Shown here piece after piece: positions 1-12,467 of a stretch of DNA of 64,000 nt; position 1 is the stretch's first letter; every line of letters begins with the position of its first letter. The notes beneath the pieces are model-generated. The model ran no database searches. It worked only from the letters and a program-made list of their open reading frames with translations, and had not been told where the DNA came from. This DNA comes from Lytechinus pictus (taxonomy: Eukaryota), in NCBI RefSeq assembly GCF_037042905.1, contig NC_087255.1, positions 21,824,001-21,888,000 of the forward strand. Reading direction: 5' to 3'. Both the position numbers and the translations under genes were made by a program.

Positions 1-997
1 ATGCAATTTTTTGATCGGATGGATGGAACAAGGACGGAGGAAAGGAGGGGGGGGGGCCGGGGGGGGGGGTGGGGCTGAATAGACGGTGTGTATCTAATCA
101 AACACGAGTCGGCCTCAAATGCACCTTCTAAGAAATGGCATTCATGTGTTATACCGGGGTGTTATATCCACGGAATGTTGCTAGCTCCATATAGTAATCT
201 TGAACTGTCCATCTTTTTAGACATCTTCACTATGATTAAAACGGGTAAAATCAGCTCTCAAACGATGCAAATTGATTGAGATCATATCACTCCAAGAGGA
301 GCGTATTTTGGACCATGTTTGCTTTTTATATTAAGAGAATTGTTATAATAATTATTATGATGATAATGAAATTCATATTCCACTCAATAAAAAAAAACCA
401 CTTTGGGGAGGGGTCCTATTTTATCATGTTACTCTTCAGTTCCAATGATTTTCGTATATTGTTGATAAGATAACGCTGGATTTTGTATAATGTATTCCAG
501 ACACGCAATTACCACGATAACAAAGGAAGTAAGTGAACATGACAAGATTGAGAGATTTCCTCGCTGTAATCTCAGACCCTGAAAAAATGTGAAAAAACAA
601 GTTTGATTTTTTTTTTAAGAAAGAGATAATGCAGACTTAATAGGCATCAAACTTCAATAAAAAGTAGCTCGTATATCGACGAGCATCATAGGCCTAAACA
701 CAAGTATTATTATTATCATTATTATTATTATTGGTAGTAATTTGCATTGTACGATATATAAATGTAACGATCACACGACACGTGAAGACAAGAAAAAACG
801 ATTAAAAAAGTAAACATTATAGTGAGATAAGCGACAAGGATGAGGAGAAGGGGGGGGGGGTGAGGGTGAAAAAGAGGAATGCAGAGGATTAAAAGATGTC
901 GAGAAGGAACATGAGAAATAGACGGGAACATAAAATGAAAAAAGAGGAATACGTAAAGAAGACATAGTATCATGGGAAGGGAGTATAAAACGACATG

Positions 998-1011
998 GTT
1001 ACCATGGCAAC
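998..1011. promoter_or_regulatory. RFX X-box motif GTTACCATGGCAAC
   Basis: One mismatch from palindromic GTTGCCATGGCAAC; TATAAAA at 984-990. Confidence 0.4.
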
Positions 1012-1198
1012 TGTTAAAGCTCTTGGATCTGTTCCTTGCTCGACCGGAGAATCCCCTTACATTACAACGCCCCCGTAGATGGACACATGAATACCCAATT
1101 TATAAACAGTCTCTGCGATAACGAAAACCCATTAACCTACACAAATGTATCTAATAACAAAATATCGAAACGAATGTTCAGCTCCGTTCAAGTAAGCG

Positions 1199-1484
1199 CA
1201 GAAGCGGATCTAGAGGGGGGGTTGGGGGGGTTGCAACCCCCCCCCCCAAAAAAAAAAAATCCGGGGACCATTTTTTTTAATCTTATCTTTTTTTTTAAAC
1301 TTGTAATTTTAGAAAACGCCATTTTCACACACAGATTTTCAAAAATTTTCCCTACTGTGGGAGGGGGGACACCCCCCTCCCACACCCTCCCCCCTCGCTC
1401 GCTCCGCTCGCTTGGACTCGGTCGCTACGCTCCCTCGCATACCACCCCAACCCCCCCCTTTATAAAAAGCTGGATCCGCCCCTG
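1199..1484. mobile_element. MITE with GCGGATC termini
   Basis: cagaagcggatctag / ctggatccgcccctg; flanking 5-bp direct repeat AAGCG; related short copy at about 5768-5917. Confidence 0.7.
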
Positions 1485-4126
1485 AAGCGGTTGTTTCTTT
1501 CCAATATAATTGCACTGAACGTCGAACGTTTACATGATTTGGAGAAAGTAGGTCCTATATTGAAACACAGAGTAAACGATATTTTCAATAATTTCATACA
1601 CGTAAAGAGTCGGCCGGGGCTCGCGGACGTTTTTGCGAAGGACGCGAATGTCAAAGACTTAGAAGTACAACAGTTCAATTCTTATTTTAGGCAACAAATG
1701 ACCTCTAAATGTGCGCTTTTATTCGGGAAACCTCACCGATTGTTCGCGGGATTTTTTTGTTGTTCTGCACACATGACATGAAAATTTAAACTACTTGCGA
1801 ACATTTATCGCATGTTAGGACGCTTTTTATCCGCAAACATGCCTAAAAGGTGTCGTGATATGCGCAGGACCATCGCAAAACTACGCAATGTTTGCAAACC
1901 TCTTTACAAACCTTTCGTAAATCCAAATACTCAATCACAAATGTTTCGCGTAAGCTTCTGAGTTGGCGCACATAGCTTGCGATTCTTTGAACCGACGCTA
2001 TTCGCATTTTATTCGTGCTTTATTCTTGTTTACTTCTGACTTTGGCATATCACTGTCTCATAACTACCGTGATGACTTCGCATTAACTGCGCAAGAATTG
2101 TTTTGGGACTCAATTGTCGCAATGTATTCGCAGAAAAAAAAACTCAGAATTTTTGCTATTTTTGTCTAAAATTGTATCTTTCGCAGACTGTTCTCGCGTC
2201 CAATGTAAACCCAACTTTACAAGATATACGTTGTCATGGGTACGCCATTTGACAAAATAAACTTTGAATACAACATGAATATCGGAGCAGACAAAACAGG
2301 AATATAGGAAGTTGCCGCTTTGATACATCCATTAATGTTCTAAAACAAGCAATTTCACAAAGCATATCTTTCTGTTAAAATTCAGGAAGTTCACTCTTTT
2401 TTGCACAAATGTCTTCCCTAATTGTCAATCCATGTCAAAGGTGACTGTTTGATCATAAACACATTCAACTATGATGTATTCCAGATTTTATTTCAAAAGA
2501 AAGTACGTCTTCACACAAATCCAAGCATGATGAAAACACGATGCACTTTCCAATTTTTGTTTTATTCTTCTTTATTCATATTTGAAAAAAAATTGTCGGC
2601 TTTTGAAATATACATATATTTTTTATTGTACAGGGCCCTCAGTGATATCAGTTTGTCAACTTACTGAAGAGACTACCGTGTGGAAGTAAACCTGGAATAA
2701 ATAAAATAAGATATATAAATTTATGGTCCTTAATCGTTCGAACAATTCTGCCATATTGATGCAGAAGGTATATATTGTTAGGCGGAAGTACAGTATATGA
2801 AAGTTTCTTATGAAAACAGGTGCCTTTTCTTAATATTGCACTCTCAGAAATGTTTTAACCAACCTACCGGGTTGATTAACATGAACTTACCAACTGTTGG
2901 TTAATAAAAATCTTCATTCGTTTGACATACCATTTTCTTTTAACCAGCAGTTTTCAGGTTCATATGTCAACCAACCTAATATATTTTGATATTGTAGAAA
3001 TCAAATTAAAAGAAAACCCAATTCAGTTTGGTTTTTTGTAAGCAACCCGAGGGGAAACACAAAAAAGTAGCCCAAAGAGTCAAAATAAAAAAGTGAATTA
3101 TTCGTAGACATAATGATGTATAGACTAGTGTGAAATCAACCGTTTCATTTTTCTGATTTCACAAATTACCAGGAACGATCATGACTTTCGACCTGAACAT
3201 TATACGCGGGACAAAGTTGAACTTGAAAACATGCTTTACTCGTCTGATCCAAGACATTAAGTTAGATTTGTAGCAGGAGTAGATTTTTACCAACGTTAGT
3301 ATTGATTTCGTCTCGCCATATCGTGAGTCCCCCACCCCCACCCAATCCCGCCCACATTCGGCATCATTTCTAAAACGGCCGTTTTTTTAATGTAGACATT
3401 TCTTTAGTTAAAATGATTTGGCAAATTTCAAGTGAGAGATGTTTTATATTGGTGAGCAGTATAAGGCAGGAGTATATATTTAAAAAAAAAAATGAAAATT
3501 ATGATGGCGCGAACGGTAGTTTCTTTGCTGTAACACAACCCGATGTGATTTCACCTGTAAACTAAATAAGGAAAACAGCGGACCATGTAGATTATTTAAA
3601 CAGCGTTACAGTGTTCATAATTTCAATTAGGAATATCATACAGTCTAATAACCGTAAATTTAGACTTGATTAAAAAAAATATATCTTGATTTTTTTTCTC
3701 TTGGTAATATTTTTAATTCACCTACTTGAAGAAATCTTTATAGAACACAGACTAATCAAACGGCAGGATGCCATGCAGCATGTGTTTGTCTGCTTTCCTT
3801 TCCCTACACGTGTTTCCTATTTGTTAAGCAAAAATGAGTCTCAGGTTTCCTCTCCTGGTGGCACAAGAAAAGATGGGGAAAATAATGAAAATTGATAGGG
3901 GAAATATTGGGCACCCGCTGTCCTTAACCAGTGCAGGTTTGGAGTACAATGCAGCGGTGGTTTTAAGGATTGTAGAACAAAATGCCCGGCTTTTGGATGG
4001 AGCAAAGGGAACTGTCAATAACTTTGAATGTTGGTCGATTGGCGGCAGTGAGAAAGGAAAAGTAGGGCATCAGATCAAAAGAGGAAGGAGAGGGAGAGAG
4101 AGAGAGAGAGAGCGGGGGGGGGGGGG

Positions 4127-4623
4127 TTAAAGGGGAAGTTCACATTGACAAAAAGTTTATTGTAAAAATAGCAGAAAAAAATAATAAAAAATATTGCCGA
4201 AGTTTTGAGAAAAATCCATCAAAGAATAAAACAGTTATTAGCATTTCAATTATTCAATTTGTGACGTCATATGCTTTCCTACATGGTAACAAAATCAATG
4301 AAATGTCATTTTCTCAGAAAATTGAAAATATTTTTTTACTGTGCCTTCAGTATATCAATAGACAAATTATTTTACACCCGATTCTAAAAAGAAAACAAAA
4401 TACAAGTAATCAAGAACCATTAAAGATTTGAAATTTATGCATTTTATATTACATAACATATGGGGCAGCTGCTCGTTTATGACGTCACAAATCCAAAACT
4501 TTAAATTCTAATAACTTTCTTAATCTTTAATGGATTTTCCTCAAACGTTCACCAATATTTTTTATCATTTTTTTTGTTCTATTTTTACAACAAACTCTTC
4601 TTCAGGGTGAACTTTCCCTTTAA
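4127..4623. mobile_element. Kolobok-like MITE family A
   Basis: TTAA|AGGGGAAGTTCAC...GTGAACTTTCCCT|TTAA with long internal IRs; second copy at 18930-19407. Confidence 0.8.
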
Positions 4624-6594
4624 ACATTTAGGCAGCTTTAATTTTAAATTTAAAGATGGTAAGTTTTATCCACAATTAGTGAGAAAACGTGCCATAACCA
4701 TACATTCCTTCTTGTGCTTTATGGTATGAAATTTCTAATATTCATTTTTAATAAAAAATCTCCTTTTTGGATTAAAGCTATGATAATGATCATGATTTCA
4801 GACTTCCACGAGTCAAACAAATCATAATTTCATTCCTTGGAGCAAAAAAATAAATATAATAACTATAGTCTTGATAAGGTGATTTATCATGCCAATCTAT
4901 TTCAAATCCATACAATAAATCCTCTGGACAATAAGAATGACAAGTTTCAAAAATGATTTTTGCCATCGCCAAATATAATTGAAAAATGCTCACATGGACG
5001 CACCACAAAAGAAGAAAAAAGAAAAGAAAAGATAAGGAAAAAAAACAAACTTAAAATAGAANNNNNNNNNNNNNNNNNNNNNNNNNNNNNNNNNNNNNNN
5101 NNNNNNNNNNNNNNNNNNNNNNNNNNNNNNNNNNNNNNNNNNNNNNNNNNNNNNNNNNNNNNNNNNNNNNNNNNNNNNNNNNNNNNNNNNNNNNNNNNNN
5201 NNNNNNNNNNNNNNNNNNNNNNNNNNNNNNNNNNNNNNNNNNNNNNNNNNNNNNNNNNNNNNNNNNNNNNNNNNNNNNNNNNNNNNNNNNNGTACAGTAA
5301 AGTAAAGTAAAGTAACGGAAAGGAACGGAATGGAAAGGATCAAAGGAAAGGAAAGGGAAGGAAAGAAATGAAAATAAAAGGGAACAAAAGGAAAAAAGGA
5401 AAATAAAAGAAAAGAAAAAGAAACGACGTTGTATGAAATCAATGCCAAGGTCAATGCACTATAAGATTGGAAGTATAACTGCTGTCTGGATTTGATGAAT
5501 GGCTGGATTTATTCAGACCAACATAATACTTTGAAACCGCAAAGTAAATTATCTTAAAGAATATGATGAGGAAAAAAAAAGCTATGTCACGACGTTCGTT
5601 AAGTATTATGAAAGTAAATCATCACTATATTGTGATAAGCTGCAGTAAGCCTATATATGCAATCATCATGATGATGATCACAGACCTTCGTGATTTAATG
5701 TACGAGTGGATTGCCCTGACACATGAATATAACCACATATGAATTACAAATTAGCTATATCGATAGGCACTGGCGGATCAAGAGGGGGGGGGGGGGCACA
5801 GCCGGCCCGTGCCCCCTTTTTGAGAGGCACAATTAAAATTGGTAATGTGAATATGCCGGTTTTTTTTTGCTTGTTAAAATTTGCCCCCCCCCTTGGAAAA
5901 TCCTGGATCCGCCACATGTCGCTATATGCAGTCAAAAGTCAGACGGGAGTGATCTAAGGACTGGAGAAGGTTCTGCTCCCGTTTATAATACATGGGTTCA
6001 ATTAGTTTGTGTTTAGATCTATGGAAGGCAAGTGTCAATTATTGTGTATTATTAAAATTTTACTGCATTTCTCTTATACTACTCGAAATTCGATCACTGA
6101 TACAATTAAAAAGAGTGAATATTTTTTTCATTCTTGAGGGAGTGAATTTGGATAGAAAGAAAGTTAGGAACGAATTTAGAGTTAATTAAGATTTCATCCC
6201 GTTTCCTCCATTCTTCATTCATGACTCTTTTCTTTCATTGACCACTGTCCTTACTCCATAACTGAGTGAAAATAAACGTAAAGCCAATTAGTATATATCC
6301 TAAATTCACTCCAAAAAGAAGGAATATTTTTATTCTATATACTTCATTCATTTCATTTTGAGTAAGAATGAATTTGGACTTTTAATTTTCCATCGATATC
6401 TACATACATGTACATTATTTGAAAATTGTATTTTTCTTTGAGAGGAAAAAGCAGCAATTGCTGACATGAATTGCATGATGGCGAGAGTGAAAATCTACTC
6501 TTTATTTTTTTCAGAGAGTAAGCCTTTGGTATTAAAGGTCAGAATATCATTAATTCTTGACGTTTGATCAGTATTCATTTGCACTGGAGACATT

Positions 6595-6899
6595 GGCCCG
6601 TATTCTGAACTCGGGTTTAAATTAAACCCTGGTTTAAAGTTGTGGTTTAACTATGGAGAGCCAATTGGAGCACAGATCCCTTACAATACACATTCAATTT
6701 ATTAACTCATTTGACACCCAATTTGTTCGTCTGGGAATGGTAACTGAAGTATTTTTTTCGTTATGAAAGCAAAATGAAACAAAATAGTAAACATAAGAAA
6801 TAAACAACATAAACATAATTTTTTTTATTTGTGGCTCCCCATAATTTTAGCACAGAGTTAGACCGTGGTCTAAGTTAAACCTGACTTCAGAATACGGGA
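6595..6899. mobile_element. MITE
   Basis: TIR cccgtattctgaactcgggtttaa / ttaaacctgacttcagaatacggg. Confidence 0.7.
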
Positions 6900-7662
6900 T
6901 AGCATTTACCTCTATCATCAACACTCTTTATTAATAAAAAAAAACGATATAGCATTTTGATTGTTCTTTGTAAGGGGCGGGGGAAGAGGCCATTGGGTCA
7001 TAGGGATAACCTCTTCTCTTATGTTGTCTGGTTAAAGAAGTGTGAGTTAAAAGCAACAAATATCTTAGGTCATTTTGTTTATTTACTTAGCAACGCATAT
7101 TTTGTCTGGTTTCCCTTTTAACACAAACCCCCATTCTTCCTCATTGATTTTCTAAAAAAAAACTTAGGGCCTACAACTCTTGAGACGTTAAGTGTTGCAG
7201 TGCATGCCATTATGCCCCCGATAATTTGAATTATATCCTCAGAACATTGTTGGACTTTGTTCGTGGGAAACATGCTGAAAAACTCAAATAATTATTCTGT
7301 TTGCCCTAATAACCGTTTTCATATTTGAATAATGGAAATGCACGAATTCGCTCTCTGGGTGTGTATGTGTGCATGTTTAAGCCTAACAAGGTCGCGTGCA
7401 TTCAGAACTATACCATTAATCAAATTTCAATTTGGGAATACGATTACGTAGCTTTGTGGAACTATTTCATCAATCATAGGCGATCGGAATCAGAAATACC
7501 ATTATTACAAGCGATTTTCTTTGTGAATGTCAGTGTATTTGGGATAGGGAAATGGAGGAGAAAAGAAAAGAAAAACTCTTGATAAGGTATTTCGCATTAG
7601 CTAATAAGTAGTGGTTAAACCAAGGAGATATCACCTCTAGATGTGATATCTCCTTGGTTATA

Positions 7663-7814
7663 TACCTCAGTCACATTTCCCTACGGCGGCCGTACGGCGA
7701 GTCGAAAAAAAAACGTTTTAACATAACCAGTTGTAGGTGGTTTGAATCAAAATGAATAAAACGGCTGTTTTCGACTCGCCGTACGGCCGCCGAAGGGGAA
7801 ATATGATTGAGGTA
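7663..7814. mobile_element. Short palindromic MITE
   Basis: cggcggccgtacggcgagtcgaaaa / ttttcgactcgccgtacggccgccg. Confidence 0.7.
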
Positions 7815-9869
7815 TTTTAGGTTGTATAATTTTTTTTTCAAAGAAATATGGGGGACAGTATGCATAAAGATAAAAATATGCACTCTCAGTATCATTTGAT
7901 TACTTCTTATTACAAAGTTACAGTTAAGCACTTTCTACAGAGACCGTGAAACGATTATAAAAGTCTTGGCTGACCAGTGCCAATATAATTTTGACGTTTT
8001 GCATACGTTTATTGAAGACTACCCCCAACCACCCCCAATAGCCAAAAGATACAACCCAAAACACACAAAGGCAAAACAAAGTCGAAGAAACCAATCCTGA
8101 ATCCACCGTCATTACAACAAAAAAGAAAGTTTGCAGAGTGTTTTCAATACAGTTGAAAAGAAACTCTGGTCAAGGGAAATGCTAAATATGTCCTTTGCTC
8201 ACAGCAGGAGTATAAACATTTGGCCTGCAATGATTGCGAGTGGTTTTAATACTACATTTAGATCTGTGTCATTGATAATACCCAAGTCACATCGAGCAGA
8301 ATTCAATATTTGATATCATCATCTCGAATGGCAAAGAATGATCGATTTGATATCGTTGTGGCTGTGTCAGTCAGGGTATGAGTCACCCCAAGGAAAGTAG
8401 ACTCCAGCTATATAGCTCGAGCCAACAATGGAACAAAACTAAAAACATTACGTAACCTCCGCCGATTGTAGTTTTGGCGCCGAATTGAAGATATAATTGA
8501 GTTTGTTTGACCATGAAGCTATATAACTCCATGGTTTGACCATGGAAAAGATATTCATGATATCTGTTTCGATTGATTAATTCACCAGTTTATCAATTCG
8601 CTGTTATAGCATGAATTTAATTCCTATACAGTTGTATCAATTCAATAGAGTATCTGATATATTGTTCATATCCATGATTCATCGATCAATGACAATGATT
8701 TCATGTTTACCCCATAAATGTATTTCTCTTTCAACCTATTCATTCCATTTCCATTACATTTTGCATTAGCCTACTGGATTTGTTGATAAAGTCGTTTTAC
8801 TTGGGGGCTTGTTCGATCACTTTTTATCAGTATGACCAAAGCTAAGTGAAACAGCTTTATCATGTTTATGTCAACTACTTAATCCATCCCGGATAACATA
8901 TTTTTTAAATAGAAATAAGGTGAATAGAGTGAAAAGGAAATAATTCCATGGTATAAACGTTTAATCGCACAACCAATCAGTTAGGCCTGCTTGTAAAATA
9001 AGAAGTGAAAAAAAACTATGTGAAATTACTAATGACTGCAATTAATTAGTCAGTAAATCGGTTAGTGTAAATGAAGTCATCATATATTATTAAGTGGATA
9101 AACTTACGTCATAAAGCATAAACTAAGTACTTTATTACTGATATGAACGATCGTTCAGTTTGGTATCGGTATTATGTGTATAAATTGGCTGATGCATCAC
9201 TAGATATAAATGTAAATACACACACTGACTCATTGAAAAGCAAGTATGATCAACATACGTGAACTTTGAGATTTGGAGGGAAACGTCATTTGTATAAATT
9301 TGGCAATCTTGTCCAAATTCGTCTGCTCGATACAGCAGACGAATGGTGATATTAAAAATAAGAGGAAAATGGGATGGTCATAAGAAGTTTGGAAATAATT
9401 AATTTGCAAAGTTTGGTTTTCACTTGTAATATATTTCAGTCAGGGTGCATGTATTTCAAGCACTAAACGATTCAGTCCAATAAACTTTATTAGATTGATA
9501 TCCATCTACACGTCATGACCTGCCCCTTTCATAAACGCATATTGCATCATTATGCTACGAATAATGTTTACTCATTAAGTAGAGAGATAAAGATCGTTGG
9601 ATTTTATATCCTTCTCTAGTGATACAGTAATAAATATATTCAAAACAGTGCCAATTTTTTTTCATAACAGATTCGTCACTTTACACGACTTAAAAAAGCG
9701 TGAGAATTAAGATTGTATACCAAGATTATTCCTTACATGATACCATAAAACTCGACAAAATGATGCAAATATGTGTAGTCAATGTAGCACACACCAATAA
9801 AGGTCAAATCACGATAAAACTTATTTGAAGGTCAAAACTAATTATTATAAATATTCATGTATAGCCTAC

Positions 9870-10024
9870 CTTTTCTTCATGTGAGATTGAATTATCCGTC
9901 CCGTTGGAGGGGTAGAGTTCCTTCCCCGGCGCCCTGACAATAACTGTTTGTTTTGGAAGGATCCCGTCTGACTTGAATCAAGTTGTTGGCTCTTGAATGA
10001 GAGTTGATCGCCCAACCAAGACAT
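9870..10024 (-). CDS. Possible first coding exon of a second, unidentified gene
   Basis: GC-richer island; part of 157-codon ORF 9866-10339 ending at donor AAAAG|gtaggc; MSWLGDQLSFKSQQ...SHMKK; no homology recognised. Confidence 0.3.
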
Positions 10025-11033
10025 GAAACAGCGCGCAAAGAAGGCGCTTACTCGATCGCTATGATGGCAAAGAGTTCCATGGCAAATTGTTTTTTGAGGA
10101 GCAATATGTGTCCTGCTGCCAGATACCGTCTCACTAGCTGCCGAGATGGTGGCGGTGGTGATGGTGGCGGATCGAGGAGGGGGTGGTGAGTGGTTGAAGA
10201 AGGCTTGGCGGGTGCGATGAATATTCGATGAATAAGAAACATCGTGATTGATTGGGAGGTAATTTATTTTGATCTTTGAAGCTTGGATTGAAACTTGGAT
10301 CTGTTTTTTTTTAAGCCATAAAGGTTCTCTGCAGTTCATTATATATTTTCATTTGGAAGGGAAATTAAACCCTTTTCTCTCTATAAATAATCATATAATA
10401 CTATTATTACAAACCGTCCATCTTGATGACAAATTCTCAAATTTCTAGCACACTTTCCTAAGTGGGAGCTTTACACTTTTGTATATCGGCCAAATAGGCC
10501 AGCATGTATTTGTAGGTGCGAACAGCCCAACTTGAATGTTTATTATTTATTTTAGCATTCGCGCTCTCGGTGGATTGTTTTAATAAAAAAGATGTATATT
10601 TAGATATTTCAGCTATAGGTTTGAGCTGTGAAAAGATGTTTATTGAAACATTCGTGTACTGAGTGTGTTTTTGCAAAATAATCATGTAGGGCCTATTATG
10701 TTTATTGGAATGTTTGTGCACTATTTCGTTGATACCATATGGAAAGGAAAGTTCTACAATCTAAGCTTGAGTTAAATCGGTCGCAAAAATCTTACTCTAT
10801 TTTCCGGGTTTTTTTTTTACATTGGGATGTGGCNNNNNNNNNNNNNNNNNNNNNNNNNNNNNNNNNNNNNNNNNNNNNNNNNNNNNNNNNNNNNNNNNNN
10901 NNNNNNNNNNNNNNNNNNNNNNNNNNNNNNNNNNNNNNNNNNNNNNNNNNNNNNNNNNNNNNNNNNNNNNNNNNNNNNNNNNNNNNNNNNNNNNNNNNNN
11001 NNNNNNNNNNNNNNNNNNNNNNNNNNNNTAAAT

Positions 11034-11108
11034 TGATAGATAGATAGATAGATAGAAAGATAGATAGATAAATAAATAGATAGATAGCTTAGAAAGATAG
11101 AGAGAGAG
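11034..11108. repeat. (GATA)n microsatellite next to an N-gap
   Basis: Seen directly. Confidence 0.9.
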
Positions 11109-11856
11109 AATGGGATTACTTAGTTATAATGAAATGTAAAATTAAGGCAAATTAAAAGTAACACAGAAGAGGAGGGGCAGAGGTTGAGTGTAGGCCGAAG
11201 AATAAAGAGACAGAGAGGCATATCATTAAAATGATGTATACACTTCATCAGAGATGAAATAATTACCTCGCAAGGATACATCTCTCGCTATGCCCTAAAT
11301 GCATTCCTTACCAGGTCATTTTGATTTAATTTAATCTCAACGCATCTCTGTCGACTGTCAACGGTGACAGGTATTTCGGCATCACACAAGCTCATGAGAC
11401 ACGAAAAGTGCTAGACAAAAATCATATTGACACGCGGATTTGAATAATGTTGATCTAATGACACGCCGCTTGAAGACGTTATTGTCACGGCCCCTTCCTC
11501 TTTCTTTAACCCCCCCTCTCATTTCGAGGCTTCTTTTGATGTTAAACCTACATCCCTTCTTTCATCAGAACCACGACTGTTTAAAAAGAAGGATGGAGTG
11601 CGCTCTCTTTTGTTCGTTCTCTGTTCGGGCTACTCCAAGGAAAACATTTATAATTGATGGGTAAGCATAGGCCTTGGTGCGAAAGAATGGGGGATAAATA
11701 TGACTTTATACTTTGGGGACTAATTGAAATCGTAACCACAAGACAGAGAAAAACACAGGTCACCAATTTGAGTAATCACATCATATTACAGGTCTTTGTA
11801 ATAAAGTTGAGTATAGAGAATTCCTACGTATGGATTTGTTTGCAGAGTTAAAGAGT

Positions 11857-12467
11857 TTAAAGGGGTACTCCGGGCTAAAAATATTCAAATCTAAATAAAA
11901 AGAGTAAAATTCACGGAGCAAAATGCTGAAAATTTCATCAAAATCGGATAACAAATAACGAAGCTATTGAATTTTAAAGTTTATCAATATTTTGTGAAGA
12001 CAGTTATATTCACATCGTCATTAATATTCATTAGGTGGGCTGATGATGTCACATCCCCACTTTCCTTTTTCGTATGTTATTACATTAAAATCATAAATGT
12101 TTCATTTTTTTATACATGTGTAAATGATGTGTCTCCATTATGATGAAATAAGTTGCGGCAGTAAATAACTAATGCACTTAATCAGTTGTCAATCCAATTG
12201 TTTTAGTTCTTGGTAGAAAATATTTGAATAAACCTAATTTCATATAATACAATACAAAAGAACAAGTGGGGATATGACATCATCAGCCCACCTAATGTAT
12301 ATTAATAAAGACATGCCTAGAATGGTTTCACCGGAGTAATGCAAATCTTTAAAATTTAATAACTTCGTTATTCGTCATCCGATTTTGATCAAATTTTCAG
12401 CATTTTGCTTTGTGGATTTTACTTTATTTTTTTGAGATATAAAAAAAAACCTGGAACATCCCTTTAA
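11857..12467. mobile_element. Kolobok-like MITE
   Basis: TTAA|AGGGG...CCCT|TTAA; long IR caaaatgctgaaaatttcatcaaaatcgga / tccgattttgatcaaattttcagcattttg. Confidence 0.8.
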
